Part shown: piece by piece, positions 31,480-64,000 of the stretch
Numbering within the stretch: position 1 is the stretch's first letter
How the letters are laid out: the number at the start of each line of letters is the position of its first letter
From: Lama guanicoe
Lineage: Eukaryota
Assembly: GCA_013239625.1 (NCBI GenBank)
Contig: MU053933.1
Span: forward strand, 3,153,817-3,217,816
Reading direction: 5' to 3'
Length of the DNA stretch: 64,000 nt
Position numbers and translations under genes: made by a program
Notes under the pieces: generated by a model
Database searches by the model: none
Told to the model about the DNA's origin: nothing
The model's input: only the letters and a program-made list of their open reading frames with translations

Positions 31480-33120
31480 GTTAGAACAAAACCTCAGTGG
31501 ACATCCGTCTGCTTCCCTCACGGTCCTCTGGAGGCCGCGGGCCCCTCCCCCCACTCACCTCCTCTGCCCTGGGAACCGCACCCCGGCTTTGCGCCCATCC
31601 TGTTGCTGCGCACTCTGTTACGTTCAACCCTCCCCGCCACACACACAGTATTGCGGAATTTTGCACGTTTTAAACGCGGGTAACTGGAGTCCTCCTGAAT
31701 GCATTTTCTAGCATTTTCCAGTGACTGTGCGTGCGGCGGCTGACACTGTGGCCCAGGTGTTTTGATCACCAGACGGCGTTCCGGTCACTCGCCTGCTCTG
31801 CAGCTAGGAATCGGGCTTGTGTCCGATTCTGCTTGGTTTTTGCTGTTACGAAGTTCGCTGATAGAAACGTTCCGGGGTCTCCACGCACAAAGTTTGTATT
31901 TCGTAGGAAACACTGACACTCGGACAGCCTCCCCACAGCTAACGGAGGCGGCCACGGCGGAGGCCACGCGGCCCTGCCTGGCTGCCCAGGGGAGGCCCCG
32001 CGGGGCGCACCTGCCGCAGGGAGCACCTGCCGTCGGGCGCTGCGTCTCGGCTGGGAGACCCCCGGGTGTGTGCCGGCGCAGTTGACTGGATCCTGGCCAG
32101 TCTCTCCCCAAAACCTCTGCCCCCGTCAGCGGAGGGTAAGGGCTCTCTGGGATTAGGCGGCTCCTTGGTGCCCTTCCCCTGTGGGTACAAATTCCTACTG
32201 TGGTTTTAGCTTGCAGTCCCCCGATTCCTGAATGGCTGGGCCTCCTCCCCAGGACGCCCGCTCCCGACTCCTGCCGGCTTCCCGCCGGCCCGTCTGCCGC
32301 TCTCATTACTGGCTGGGGGGGGGTCTTCAGCCACTTGGAGACCGACCATTTGTGGGGGAATGTGCTGTGATCACATCCCCAGCTTGTGGTTTGCTCTGGA
32401 AATTTTCAGTGTCTTTTGATGTTTAACGTCAACGAGTCAAATTTATCAGCCTCTCCTTGATGGCTTGTGAACTCTGAGTCTTGCTGGAGAAATTCCTCTC
32501 TCAGCCGGAGTTCGGGTCTGTGTCGTCGGTATTTCACTCTCATTACTGGCTGGGGGGGGGGTCTTCAGCCACTTGGAGACCGACCATTTGTGGGGGAATG
32601 TGCTGTGATCACATCCCCAGCTTGTGGTTTGCTCTGGAAATTTTCAGTGTCTTTTGATGTTTAACGTCAACGAGTCAAATTTATCAGCCTCTCCTTGATG
32701 GCTTGTGAACTCTGAGTCTTGCTGGAGAAATTCCTCTCTCAGCCGGAGTTCGGGTCTGTGTCGTCGGTATTTCCTCCCCCCTCAGCTTTCCGACAGCGCG
32801 TGCGCCTGCGTCCTGGACCCGTGCGGTGGGGCCTCCCGTGCGGACACCCTGGTTTTCATGGACACGCGCATGTGCTTCCGGATGCGATCTCGTTAGCAAC
32901 CACGGACGGCCCGCCATCCCGCCTGGAGGCCGGAGCCCCTGGCTTCAGTGGCCTTCTTCCTGGTGAGGTCCGCACGCATCACGAGGCAGGATGGTTAGCT
33001 TTGCCTTGACTCCAGACAGCTGTGGGGCTCTGAGTCTTCCTGTGCACAGTGAGTTTGTCTCTCTTAGGTCTTCTGTAATGTCGCTTAGTCACACTTAAAA
33101 TTTCCTTTATTTGATCCTCC
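31480..33120 (-). mobile_element. Highly diverged LINE-1 3' remnant
   Basis: L1-like phrases (gagtcaaatttatcagcc; cttttgatg..; cagccacttggagacc); heavily GC-shifted; boundaries approximate. Confidence 0.55.
32300..32773. repeat. Direct tandem duplication, two ~237-bp copies
   Basis: Copy 1 is 32300-32535 and copy 2 is 32537-32773. They look identical by eye except for a G run (9 vs 10 G), with one extra A between them. ORFs at 32467 and 32705 share the same N-terminus. Confidence 0.97.
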
Positions 33121-36100
33121 CCTGGTGCTGAATCCCTGGATGCTTGGTACACGGTGCTGCTGACTTAGAGGATGGTCTCACCGTCCTTTCTCTAGCTCCC
33201 TACACAGGGCGTTTGTATCCTGTAGCTCTACCTAGCGTGGTGGTGGGGAGGCCCGGCCTCCTGGGTGACGGGGGCGGGCGCAGCCTCTGGGCAGTTTCAT
33301 TAGCATAATTCAAACTTGCCACAAGCGTGCTTTGAGGAACGTCTGTTCTCCAGCCCCGAGCAGCAACGTGGGAGGAAAGGCGAGGTCTGTGTGCGATGAT
33401 GTCACAGAAGGCGTCTCCCGTGCTCCCCTCCCTTTTCTCTGCGGACAAGCCTCCTCTGGCAGAAACACGGGCACAAGCCCCACGACCTGGGCTCCCAGGC
33501 CTGGACTGACGGCCTCCACCCAGATGCACGCACGTGGACGGCAGGTGATGGGGCCACAAGACCAAGAAACAGGCAACCGGGAAGTCCCCACCCTCCTTGG
33601 AGGGAGTGGGAAGGGGGTCCAGACACCGTAGCCTCGACCACAGGTGGGCAGAGACCAGGGCGGACCTCCCCCGGCCTGCTGCGGGGCTCGCCGGGCTCCT
33701 GGCAGGGGCGGCCGGGGCCACAGCTGCTCTGAGCAGGCGAGCGGCTGCGGTCTTGCTGGTTCCTCGGAGGCCCTGCTCCCTCCGGACCTGCAAGGGCGGG
33801 GTGTCGTGGGGCTGGGCCCACATCTCCTGCGGGAGGAAATGACAGGATGAAGCCACCAGGAGTGGCCCCCAGGCAAACACCACGAAGTCTGAGCAGGTTC
33901 CAGTCTTGAAAGCCCGTGGTCACTGCCCGGAGGAGCAGGTCTGGCCTCCACCTGCTGACCTGCCCCCTGCAGGGCTTGGACCCCAGGCAGGAGAAGATAA
34001 GCAAGTACCACCCCCACACCCCCAGCCCTGCCTTGACCTGGAGGCCTTGCCAAGCTCCTGGAGAAGCAGGGTGAAGGAAGGGCCCTCCGTGACCACGACA
34101 GAAGCCCCCACCCTCCCCCTGGGCTGTGACCCTGGTCCTGGGCTGGCGGGGTCCCACCCAATGTCCTGGGTGCCTCCCACCTTGGGGCTCAGGCACTGGA
34201 TGAGACTGCGGTGTCCCTGCAGTCCAGGATCATGGTGAGAGGTGACCAGGGATGCCTGGCATGGCCAGTGCCTCTCAGGCCCCAGGCCCAGGCCCAGGGA
34301 CCAGGCTGGAAACTCCTGGCACAGCAGCTGGAGGCAGGGAGCAGGGCCTGGCTGACTGACCAGGGCTAGGGGCTGACCCACACGTCCTCTGCATCCCCGG
34401 GCTGAACCTGCTGACCGCTGGCCTGGGCCGCTGGTAGGGTGTGTCAGAAGGCCCCACTGCCTGAGGCCTGGGTGCACCTTCAGGGCAACGCTGGCCCAAC
34501 CATGCTGCATCTCTGGCAGGATCGGTGCCTGGGGGCAGTCGGGGGTCACACAAGTCCCCTGCCCCAGTGGAACCCTGGACCTGCCTCCGTATGTCCGGGG
34601 TGTGGTTGGACCCAGGAATCCCTCTCTGTCCCAGGGCTGTCCCTCCCCCGGGCTGGACTGTCCTGCACGAGGGCCCTGACGAGCAGCAGAGGGCGCCCCA
34701 GGCCCTCCACACTCTCCCCATCCCGACCAGACCACCAGTACTATCTCCCAGTCACTTCCAGCTCAGAGATGTCAGGCGGGTGTGTGTGTAGGGGGGTGTG
34801 AGCCGCAGGCTGAGGCCCAAGCTGGGCTGACCCTCTCTGGGTGGAGCAGAACCAGGGGCGTCCTGCAAGCTTGACCCCTCCCACCCACTGCCCACCCTCT
34901 GTCCAGCTGCCCTGTGTCCCCCAGGATCTCGGCCTGAGTCTCCAAGCCGGGCTGGACGGCTCCAGGGGGCTGTGGGTCCCCAGGGATGGAGGCTGAGTCC
35001 TGGGGCTGGGGTCCTGGAACCCGCCTGCCATGCTCACTTGGAGACCCCCGTCCAAGCGCTGCTTCCTGAGCCCATGTCACCCCCTCTGAGCGCAGGGCTG
35101 GCCTGACCCCAGGCTAGAACCCCGGCAGGGCACCCGGCCCGACGGGAGGGGGGACTTCCTGTCCACGGCCTCCTGGGAGGGGTCCTGGGCCTGGAGGGAG
35201 TGAAGGGACCACAGACAGAAGCCTCCTCTGCTCTGAAACAGCTTCCGACCTGGGTGCTTGGTTCCACAGGTGCAGCCCCAGGTCCACAGACACCCCTCGG
35301 TCCTGGTCCTGAAGCCCTGGGTCTTGGCCTCCCTGTATCTTCCCTCACCTTTGGGAGGGGCCTCCCTCTTGGCCTCCCCCCGGGGGGACCCCAGACCCAC
35401 GCCCTCCTGCGGCCCAGGAGGGACAAACGACCAGGTGCCTCCCTGCCGTCCCTCACGGAGGGCCCACAGTGCGTAGAGAGGAGAAGTGCTTCTTCAGAAT
35501 AATGTCAAACTGCTGGTTCCCGGAGACCCTCTTCCCTGGAGCAGCAGCATTCTGTCCTCACACACACTCTCTCTGGGGCTTGACTGGACGGGTGGAGGCC
35601 AAGCAGGCCCCCGGCGAGCTCCCGAGAACCCCAGAAGTTCACCCCAGCGCACATCTGCCCCTCCCTGGCACCTCATCCACGGTTGTGACACGAACGTGGG
35701 GAAAACAGAAAGAACGTGGCATCCAGGCTCAGGAGGGAGGGTCCACCTGGCCTCACCAGGGACACCACTGCCACTATCTGTCCTCCAGCTCCCACCCCCA
35801 CGCACGCGTCTGGGTTCCTCTGGACAATCTGACACACAGAGCTTCCGGAGCTGATGTGCTTGGACTGAGGTCACACGGCCAGGAGGGGACAAGGCAGGAC
35901 CTAACCCAGTCCGACCATCCCTGCTTTCCTGGGCACTGGGTGTCAGGGGCCTTCCAGAGCCATGGCATGGTCAGGTTGAGGGACAGAGGGTCTGAGTGGT
36001 CCCCTGCAGATGCCATGGTTCTGGAGACTGTCAGGGAAGGAAGGCGCTAGGCCTGCTGAGATGAGGCCACAGCGACCTGGGACTGAGGTCGCTCGGAGCC

Positions 36101-37411
36101 TGGCCAGCGAGGAGAAGCACGTCCTCTTCACTTGGAGTCCAGCAGCCTGGAGGGCTGTCCGCAGCAGGTCGGGGGCTGCTGGTCAGTGAGGGGCCCCGGC
36201 CCACCCTCTCCCTCTTCCCTGCCAACGGGCTTCGTTAAGACCCTGAGTGGCTGGCGTGGACAGGCCTGCGGCCAAGCCTGTCATGTGTCCACCACCATGG
36301 GGCTGACGCATGTCATCTCGGGGGCCTCGGCCCGACCCTAGTGCTCCCATTGGCCCCCAGTGCCCCTCGTGGAAGCTGGGGGAGAGGGAGTACCCTGCAG
36401 GTATTGCCCAGAGCCCGCCAGCTTAGCGGGCAGCCCTGTGGGGCAGGTCCCAGCCCACGTCACCTCCTCTGGGGTAAGAGAGGTGGCTGCAGGGACCTGT
36501 GAGGGTGAGCAGGCAGGGGGTGCGGCCTCCAGACCGGGGGTCCCACACGACCCTCACAGCCCTCTGGAGCCTCGCCGCACCACCTGAGGGGCCCGGACCC
36601 GCGGCCAGCTCCCACTGCGCCCTGCCTGGGGATCCCCGGCCCCAAGGGTCCACGGGCAGGAAATGACTCTTGTTTGCAGGAATGCTCTGGCCACCTCCGT
36701 GGGCGGGCGGGGCCCCTGGGGGCCCTGCTGGGTGGGCTCTGGGGCCCCTGTGGTGGGCAGAGGGCCACCACTGCCTGGGAAGCCCCCTCCCCCAGGGTCC
36801 CAGCTGGGCCTCCCACGGCTCCCAGTTTCCTGTAAATCTGCACTGTCTCTGAGGAGGGCAGCCAAGCTTCTCCCAGCCCCGGACAGCCATTAAAGACATT
36901 TTACTGCCAGATGTTTTGCTTTTTCCATAGAACCAGAGGCCAGCATGAGGTGGCAGGGAGAGATTAACCCCCACAGACCCAGAGCCCAGCCTGGGGCACC
37001 CCAACCCGACCTGTGCTCGGGGCCCTGGTGCCGGCCCTGCTCCTCCCCGCCCACTCGGAGAGCAGAGGCACCTGCTGTTTACAAAGGCAGTGGGGGGTGG
37101 GGTGGGGGGCGTGGGGGGGCTCCCTCCTTAGGACAAGATGCGTCCCCAGCCCAGGACCCCGGGGGTTTTGTGAATCAGAAAGTCTGACCAGCCTCTGAGG
37201 GGGTGTGGGGAGCCGCCCCCAGACACCAGCCCGGCCCCTGCGTGGTCACAAAGGCAATGCATGTAGGGAGGTGGGGGCGGGGGTGCCAACCCTCAGGCCT
37301 CAGGGTCAGTGGTTATCAGAGGGGCAGCAGCCGCCCAGCCCCCAGGGTCAGCTCACGCAGGGCCTCACAGGCAGCCTCGTCCAGAAGACTCCCCTCCCCC
37401 TCCCCTCCCCT

Positions 37412-37507
37412 NNNNNNNNNNNNNNNNNNNNNNNNNNNNNNNNNNNNNNNNNNNNNNNNNNNNNNNNNNNNNNNNNNNNNNNNNNNNNNNNNNNNNNNNN
37501 NNNNNNN
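37412..37507. other. Assembly gap (96 N) inside a (CCCCT)n tract
   Basis: N run flanked by cccct repeats. Confidence 1.
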
Positions 37508-40500
37508 CCCTCCCCCTCCCTCTCCCCTCCCCGCTCCTTCCTTCCTTTTTCCGTTTCTTTCACACTCTGGAGTTCGCAACCGCAGCCTCTATGTCCAAAT
37601 CCAAACAGAGTAAGAGTCCCGGTTCTCCAGTAACAGGACAGAGCAAGTCAGGCCAGTGTGCGTGTGTCCAGGAGGCAGCCCAGACAGACTGCCGGGAGGG
37701 CTCTCCTGCTGTCCCTGGGGAGGGGGCGGCCCGGGGACAGCGTCTCAGCACAGTTTCATGGGAAGTAACACAGGCATGCAGGACCAGCTAACAGGGCAGC
37801 ACGAAGAGGGCCACACACACGTGAGGCAGAGCCCCCACCCCGGCCCAGTCCCTGCACTGACGCACCAGCCAGGAGCCCTGGGCGGTCTGCACAGAAGGAC
37901 TCAGCTGCCGGGCCCGAGGCCCCCTCACCAGGCCTGCACGTCCAGCTGGGCTCATGGCGGCCTGGTGGACCTCAGACAGCTGTGTGGCCCTGTAACTTAC
38001 TGAACAACCCCTGTTGTTGAGTCGCTGGGGTGTTACCACATTTTTCCAATTAAAATACCATGCATTTTGGTGTAGTTTTTGCAGATCAGTCTGCAGGATG
38101 CACCTCTGGCCATGAACTTGCTCTGATTCACACTCCCTGCCAGGTGTGCCCCGCTCGCCCCCGCCGGCAGCACTTAGCGGGGACTTTGCAGTGTTGCCAG
38201 TCTGAGGGCGGAGGGCCTCCATCTGAGGGCGGCTGGCATGTGTGCACTTCTTTGGGGACTGCCTTTCCCACCTGGCCTCTTCTTCTGTAGTTTTTTGCCT
38301 TCTTGCGGCCGACTGGTGCGAGGTGTTTGTCACTCAGGACATGGGTCATCACCTGAGGGGCCCCACCTGCAGGACAGGGTGACTCAGATGTCCCACATGC
38401 CCCGAGCTGTGCCCCTGGGCAGCCAGCATGGCCATGACCACCTCTCAGCACCAAGGGGAGGCGCCCCCCCCCCACCCCCGCACTGCATCCGACCACCAGC
38501 TACTTCCCATCCGGCTGACTCATCTCAGTCAGCAAACGGAGGCTGGGAGACAGGGCCACCCGATGCTAAGTGCCTGGGGCCAGACCACTGGACCCCTCAG
38601 CCACACTGGCCAGGAGAGGGGCTCTCACGGGGACCAGGACAGGAGGGAGAGGCTGGTCCACACTAGGGCAGGGACAGGAGCCCAGGACAGAGACCACTGC
38701 CCGGGGCCTGGCCAGTCTGGCATCCCCACCCGCTCCGACGTCCGCACGGCCACACCGCCATGGAAACCACATGTGTAACTGTGGAAAACACTGTCCTCAG
38801 TGAATCATGTCCTAAGTTGGGAGGGAAGTTCCCTGATGGATGAGGCGTTCAGAAGAAATCAAAAAGGGTTTTGTTCAACAAACGCTAAGAGGGTTTGTAT
38901 CTCTGGTGTTTGTGAATGAAGGCGGCTTTCCATCACCCACGCCCTGGGAAGGAGCGGGCCCTTCTGGAAGCACTGCCACCATCACTGCAGGGGCACGCCC
39001 TCTGACACACCCCATGTGCCCCGTCCGCTGGGCCCCTCTTGTCTAGAAAGTTCCATCAGGTGGAGTTTTCAGAGCCCATGGGGGGCGACTCACCCTGGTG
39101 GGTCCGAGCTGCCCTGGGCGGGGCTGGGAGGTGATGGCCAGAGGCCAGCGGCCTGGGTCTGTCTCCACCGGTCACTCATTGGCAGCGTGGCTACCTCACG
39201 ATGACCCGTTGTTTCCCCATCTGGACGATGGGGACAAGCTCTGCCCACCTGACCCCGAATCTGAGGAAGTGTGGGATTGGGAAACGTAGGGAAAACTGCT
39301 TTGTGCCCTGAAAAATCATGTTTGTAGTTATACATGGACAGTTTTTCCCAGAAAGTGCCGTTTCCAACCACAGAATCAGCGCTCAGCAAAGCAGACTTTG
39401 CCCCCAAGGGCAGCACCATTCAAGCGGTCTGCCGACCACGGGCCTGGGGACACTCACTCCAGGACGGAGACTGAGGGCCACCCTCTCTGATTCCATCTAT
39501 GTGGCCACTTCAAACCCAGGGGCCTCACCATAGCATGGCCTCTCCAGCAAAGGGGGCCACACCCTGGCCCTGGGCCTGCGCAGCGGGCAGGTGAACTGGT
39601 CAGGTGGGTCCAGGGACGACCAGCTCCGACCACAGCTCCAGGCCCCTGGGGCAAAGCCAGGTCTGCTGGTTGGTTGTGCTGTGGGCGGGGTGCCTGCGGT
39701 GGTGGGCAGCATGGGGTCCCTCTGCTGGTGGAGAGGAGGGGACGAGGGGCACTCTGCCTGCGGGAGGAACACCCACCCTTCCCTCTGCAGGGGGACTGGT
39801 TCTACCGGGCAAGCAGAGGTGGGGAGGCAGGGCAGCTGCCCAGCTTGCAGCCTGCAGGGCTCGTCCGGGCCCTCCACGTGCCCAGGCCAGGGGACGTCAC
39901 CCAGCAGGGGCTTCACCTTCAATACCCTGGCCTGGAGACCCAAGCGGGAAAGGGGTCTGCTCTCACCTCCTCGCCCCTGCAACTACCCTCACCCCCCAGT
40001 ATAGGCCTCAGTCGTCACCCCTCTGACTTTCCTGGAGTGTCTCTGGGACCCTGACCCCTGGCTGGGGGGGACTGCCCAAACTGCAGGGGGTGACCCAGGC
40101 CGAGGAGCAGGTGGGGGGAAGGCGCCTGGGCCTCCATGCACAGCCGTGGCCCTGACTGTGGCCAGAGGAGCTGCAGGAGCACCCTCACCCCGCCCCCGCC
40201 CAGGGCCCCACACTTGCTGCTGGAAAGGGGGGCGGAGCAGGGAGGGGGAGGAGAAAAGGAGTTTCTTAAAGCAGGAAGGCCCTCCCTGCAGGCTGTGGCG
40301 AGGAGGTCTGGGGGGTGGGGGGGGCGCTGTTGCTCCGCGAAGGGGGAAGAGGGGGAGGGAAGATGGGGGAGGGAGGGCTGACTGTGCCCCTCCCCTCAGC
40401 TGGCCTCTCCTGGCTGCTCCCAGTGGACGAGGGCAGCTTCCCCTGGAATATTCTTTCCTTCTAACTCCCATGCACCTCTGGGTTTTTCAGCCCCCAGGCA

Positions 40501-42399
40501 GCGGCACAGGGTCCGGCTGGAGAAGCGATCCTTTCCCTGCACTGCGTCTGGGGACACCTGGTGCCACAGGGGTCAGGAGGTGCAGGACGTGTGGGGGCTC
40601 CTGTCAGGGCCCCGGGCTCCTGAGCTCTGGGGAGTGGCCTGCGGGCCTCCTGCTACCACGGGGCACAGACACCCTGCAGGCCGTCCGTGAGCACCTGGGG
40701 CAGGTGATGTGTGCTTCCCTGAAACAGGAGCCCAGCAAAGGCATGGGGTACAGAGACAGGCGGGGGCCTCTCCCCATCACCAGCCCCTTCCTGCAGGGCC
40801 TGGGGCAGCCCTGGCCCCCGGGCTTCCTGGACCCCCAGCACATCTCCTCGCCCCACCTCCAGGGCCCTGACTCCTCCTTACCTGCCTGGCCAGCATCACC
40901 TGCAGTAGCCCTGCTACCTGCCCCCTGCCCCTGCCAAGACCCCGCCCCCCCCCCCCCACCCAGCACCTGGGCTTTGCGCCCCCCCCCCCGGCACTCTCCC
41001 TCCTGGTGCTGGCGGTGCCGTGGGGGAAAGCCAGCTCCCCAGAGGCCGCTCTGGGACCTCAGGTGAGTGGCGCCCCCATCCCCAGGAGTGGTCATGGGAA
41101 GAGGAAAAGGTCCATTCTCCCTCCCACAAGCAGAGGGGCCGCAGAGCCCCGCACCCCACTCACACCCCCACTGCGGCCACTGGCCCTGGGGGCAGCTGTG
41201 CCATCTGCCAGGCCCCGCAGCACTGCAGGCGCAGATGTGCTGCCTGGACGCTGGGCGTGGGGATGTGGACGCTGTGCCTGAGGCCACCCCACCTCTCGGG
41301 ACGACCTTGCCCCTGGGTCGCAGCCCGAAAGGGTGGGTGTCCCTGTGCCCCGCTTCTCCCTGGGCACAGACGCCCAGCAGGGTTTGCAAACTGTCACACG
41401 GCAAGGATCTCCACGGGGTGGGGTGGGGGCCAGCCGGCCAGAGGTCCGGGCACATCCATCCCCGTCTCTTCCCATTTCACAGGCGAGGTGTCAGTCACCT
41501 CCCCGGGTCAGGAGCCCTGCAGCCGACTGGCCCTTGCTGCCGGAGTCTCACGGCTCCTGGTTTCACACACATATTCTGATCTCTCCTCCAAAACCTGCAA
41601 GAACATTAGAGTTGCTGTCTTTGCAAGTCAAAGAGCTCAGGCTTGGAGAGGCCAGGTGAGCAGTGAAGCCTTGCCCCGGGCAGAGCCCCTTTGAATTGGA
41701 AGCTGGGGGCACTGCACCGAACCCTGAAGCAGCACCCACAGCCTGACTTAGGTGGAGGCAGCGGTGAGACCACCCCCGCCGTTGCTCACAGAAGCATCAA
41801 AACGCAGGGAAGAAACCCTAAAAGTCACCGGGGGGCAATTCCTGAAGGGGCCCCAGAACTTCTTTGTCATGGTTGTAGATTTTTGCATGTTTTAAACGTA
41901 AAACATTCCAGCTGATACTGAGCTTCGGCTCTTGAAAGATCTAGAACCTTCCCTGGGGCCGGGAGTCCCCATTCCGAGCCCACCCCCACCCGGGGCCCCG
42001 GTCTGGGGTCCTCAGAACCTGGGCCTCCCCTCGTCTCTGTGTCTCTGTCTGTCTGTCTGTCTCTCTGTATTTGCACAAACAAAGGTACGTGCAGTTGTCT
42101 GCTGACTTTGTTTTCCCACAGTAAAAAATGAAACATCTTCATAAAAACGTATTTGACCAAACTATGAAGAGAGAGTTACATGAAAACGCGGAAGTTAGAG
42201 CGACGGATCTGAAACGACTGGTAGAACCTGGCTAGTGCGGGGACAGGGATGGATTCCCCACGAAGGTTAGAAACAACCACGCAGTGCCTCGGAGAAAGCC
42301 CTCGTGGGCCGCACGTCCTCCCCCGGATGTCTGAAACTCAGCCAGCCCGAGAACTGCGAGCAAGCAGAAGCCCCCACGAGCCCGGGAAGTCAGTCCGTT

Positions 42400-42635
42400 A
42401 GCCGAGCGGCGTCCTGGGCTCGGAGTGGCTCCAGAGGCTGAGTGACTCACCCAGGCGGGAGAGACCCCCGCCCTCTCCAGGGCCCACCCAGCTCCTCCTC
42501 CTCGCCCGCCCCTCCCCTCCTGGGCTGAAACTCCGGAGGCGCCGGAGAGCAGAGAGGACTTCTCCCTCTGGTCACCAGTCACTGCCAGCCCACCCTGCCC
42601 TGCCCCTGCTCCACGGTGACACGCAGGCCGGAGAC
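42400..42635 (+). promoter_or_regulatory. COL6A1: COL6A1 proximal promoter and 5' UTR (TATA-less, AP-1 site, pyrimidine-rich Sp1/GA boxes)
   Basis: TGACTCA at 42443-42449, ctcctcctcctcgcccgcccctcccctcc at ~42492-42520, no TATA box, CpG-rich, directly upstream of gagacATG. Matches the TATA-less AP-1/Sp1 layout described for Col6a1. Confidence 0.75.
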
Positions 42636-62427
<19,792 letters not shown>

Positions 62428-63142
62428 CAGCCTCCCCGCCCCGAAACAGAAAGTGAAAATGTGACCTGAATTTTCCTGACCCATCCAATTAGCTAAGTTT
62501 TTTAAAAAAGAAAAGCTTGAAAAGCTGCCCTATGCTTTGCGCCTCCCCCACCCGCCCTGGCTTCTGCCGGCCCCTCCTGCTCGCTGCGCACCGGCACTGT
62601 CCGCCTCGCCCCTGGCTGTCAGCGTCCCCTAGTCCCTGGTCAGAACCTGAACCCTGGTTCTCTTTCCTTTCTGGGCTCAGCTGTCCCCACCTCCATCCCC
62701 TCCCCCTGGGCTGCTTTCCCGCTGACCCTGCAGAATCCTTCGCTAAGCTCTCCACTTACACCAGTCAGTCCAGCAGCGAGCCCGCGTGTGTGCGGAGACG
62801 AGCATGCCCGCTCGCGAGGTCCGGTCACTCATGCCCGCCTTGGTGCCTTGGTTCCGGCAGCCTTGGGCCGAGAGCCAGGGCGGCAGGACGTTGGCCCACA
62901 GACACTGCGACCCCCGCCCGTGCCCTCACGAAGCCCAGAGCAAAGGTGCTACCCCGCCGCCCAGGGCGCAGAGGCCTGGCCTCCAGCCAGAGTGATGCGT
63001 TTTGTCGAAAACAGGACAAAGCTCTCCCTCCTCAAGGGGCGCCTGGCTCTGCGTCTCGCTGAGGACCCTCTTAACACGTTAATTATACTTTTACTCTTTC
63101 CTGTGTTTTTTCTCAACTGTGTCCATGTCGGCGACTTTTCCA

Positions 63143-63148
63143 AATAAA
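63143..63148 (+). terminator. COL6A1: COL6A1 polyadenylation signal AATAAA
   Basis: ccaAATAAAggttttcact followed by GT/T-rich sequence, ~715 nt after the stop. Confidence 0.85.
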
Positions 63149-64000
63149 GGTTTTCACTGTCCTCCCTGTGGTTGTCTTTCCCAGGGGTTAAAACCCCCAG
63201 CGTGTTCGCACCCGAGGGAGAGCTCCGACGTGGTTAGGGCCACCCCAGGGGCCTGCCTTGGCCAGACCCCACCCATGACACCCCTCCTCTGGGTCTGGGG
63301 GAAAAGTCGGAAAGTAAAGACCCTGTCTGTTCCTGCAGAGGTTCTGGGAGGGGCTCTGACACCCTGGGCTGCAAGAATCAGAAGCAGCTTTGGTCATGGG
63401 GGGGACAGGGGGGCGAGCCGGCCAGATCCAACAAGGTAAATCCTCATTAATCACCAAAAGGGCCCGCATTCTGACTTCTGGAGGGGGTCGGGATCTGGGG
63501 GCCCCATGGGAGACTCAGTTCAGGGCAGTGAGACTGTGAGTCCCCGTCTCAGGAGGGTCGGGGTGGGGCAGGGGAGGCAGGGAGGGCTGGGCTGCACTTG
63601 GGCTGCCGATGAAGAGGCCGGTGTGCAGGCAGGACACCCACTGCCCGTTTAAGGAGCCAGGAGAAGAGATTCTAGCCGAGAGGGAGCCTGGCAGGTGTCC
63701 CTTGGGTGGGGCCACTTGATGCCCCACAAAACGTGGCTGTGAGAGCCAAGTGGCCGGCGGTGGGGGCAGCATGGCGCCCGGATCCTCTCTGACCCCGAGG
63801 AGAGCAACACCCCATGTAGAACTGGGGGTCAGGCACAGATCTCCCAGGGTCTTCCCTGGCGGACGTCACACTCGGCCTCCACGGAACCCCATAGCCGCTG
63901 TGTGCAAGCGTCCACTGCTCCACTGTCACCAGGAGCCAGCCTGCGGGTCACCTGCTCTGCCTGACCACCCGCCAGTGCGACCTTGACCCAGTCACCTGCC

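Noticed and set aside
41580..41700. Possible MIR fragment (also ~39190-39240)
   Set aside because: Only a faint resemblance to the MIR core; too degraded to support without an alignment.

Overview
This is GC-rich mammalian genomic DNA, very probably from a camelid (camel/alpaca/llama), judged from three tRNA-derived SINEs of the vic-1 type. It holds the conserved PCBP3-COL6A1 neighbourhood, both genes on the + strand. Positions 577-6994 carry the last five coding exons, stop codon and poly(A) signal of PCBP3. A ~35 kb intergenic region follows, filled with decayed LINE-1, Tigger1, ERV LTR and SINE remnants. COL6A1 runs from ATG 42636 to stop 62427, with AATAAA at 63143. I traced 34 COL6A1 coding exons with GT-AG boundaries that splice into one 1020-aa ORF. 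The 21-nt microexon expected as exon 6 (KNNVEQV in human) is absent, which is the most notable anomaly and may be a real loss or an assembly collapse. Other points are a near-perfect 237-bp tandem duplication, strong AT-to-GC drift in old L1 copies, a nested transposon stack, an AP-1-rich candidate upstream enhancer and an intronic E-box array. I found no evidence of a new multi-gene system. Nearly all ORFs in the supplied track are chance products of high GC content. Comparisons with human genes and repeat consensuses come from memory, not from searches.
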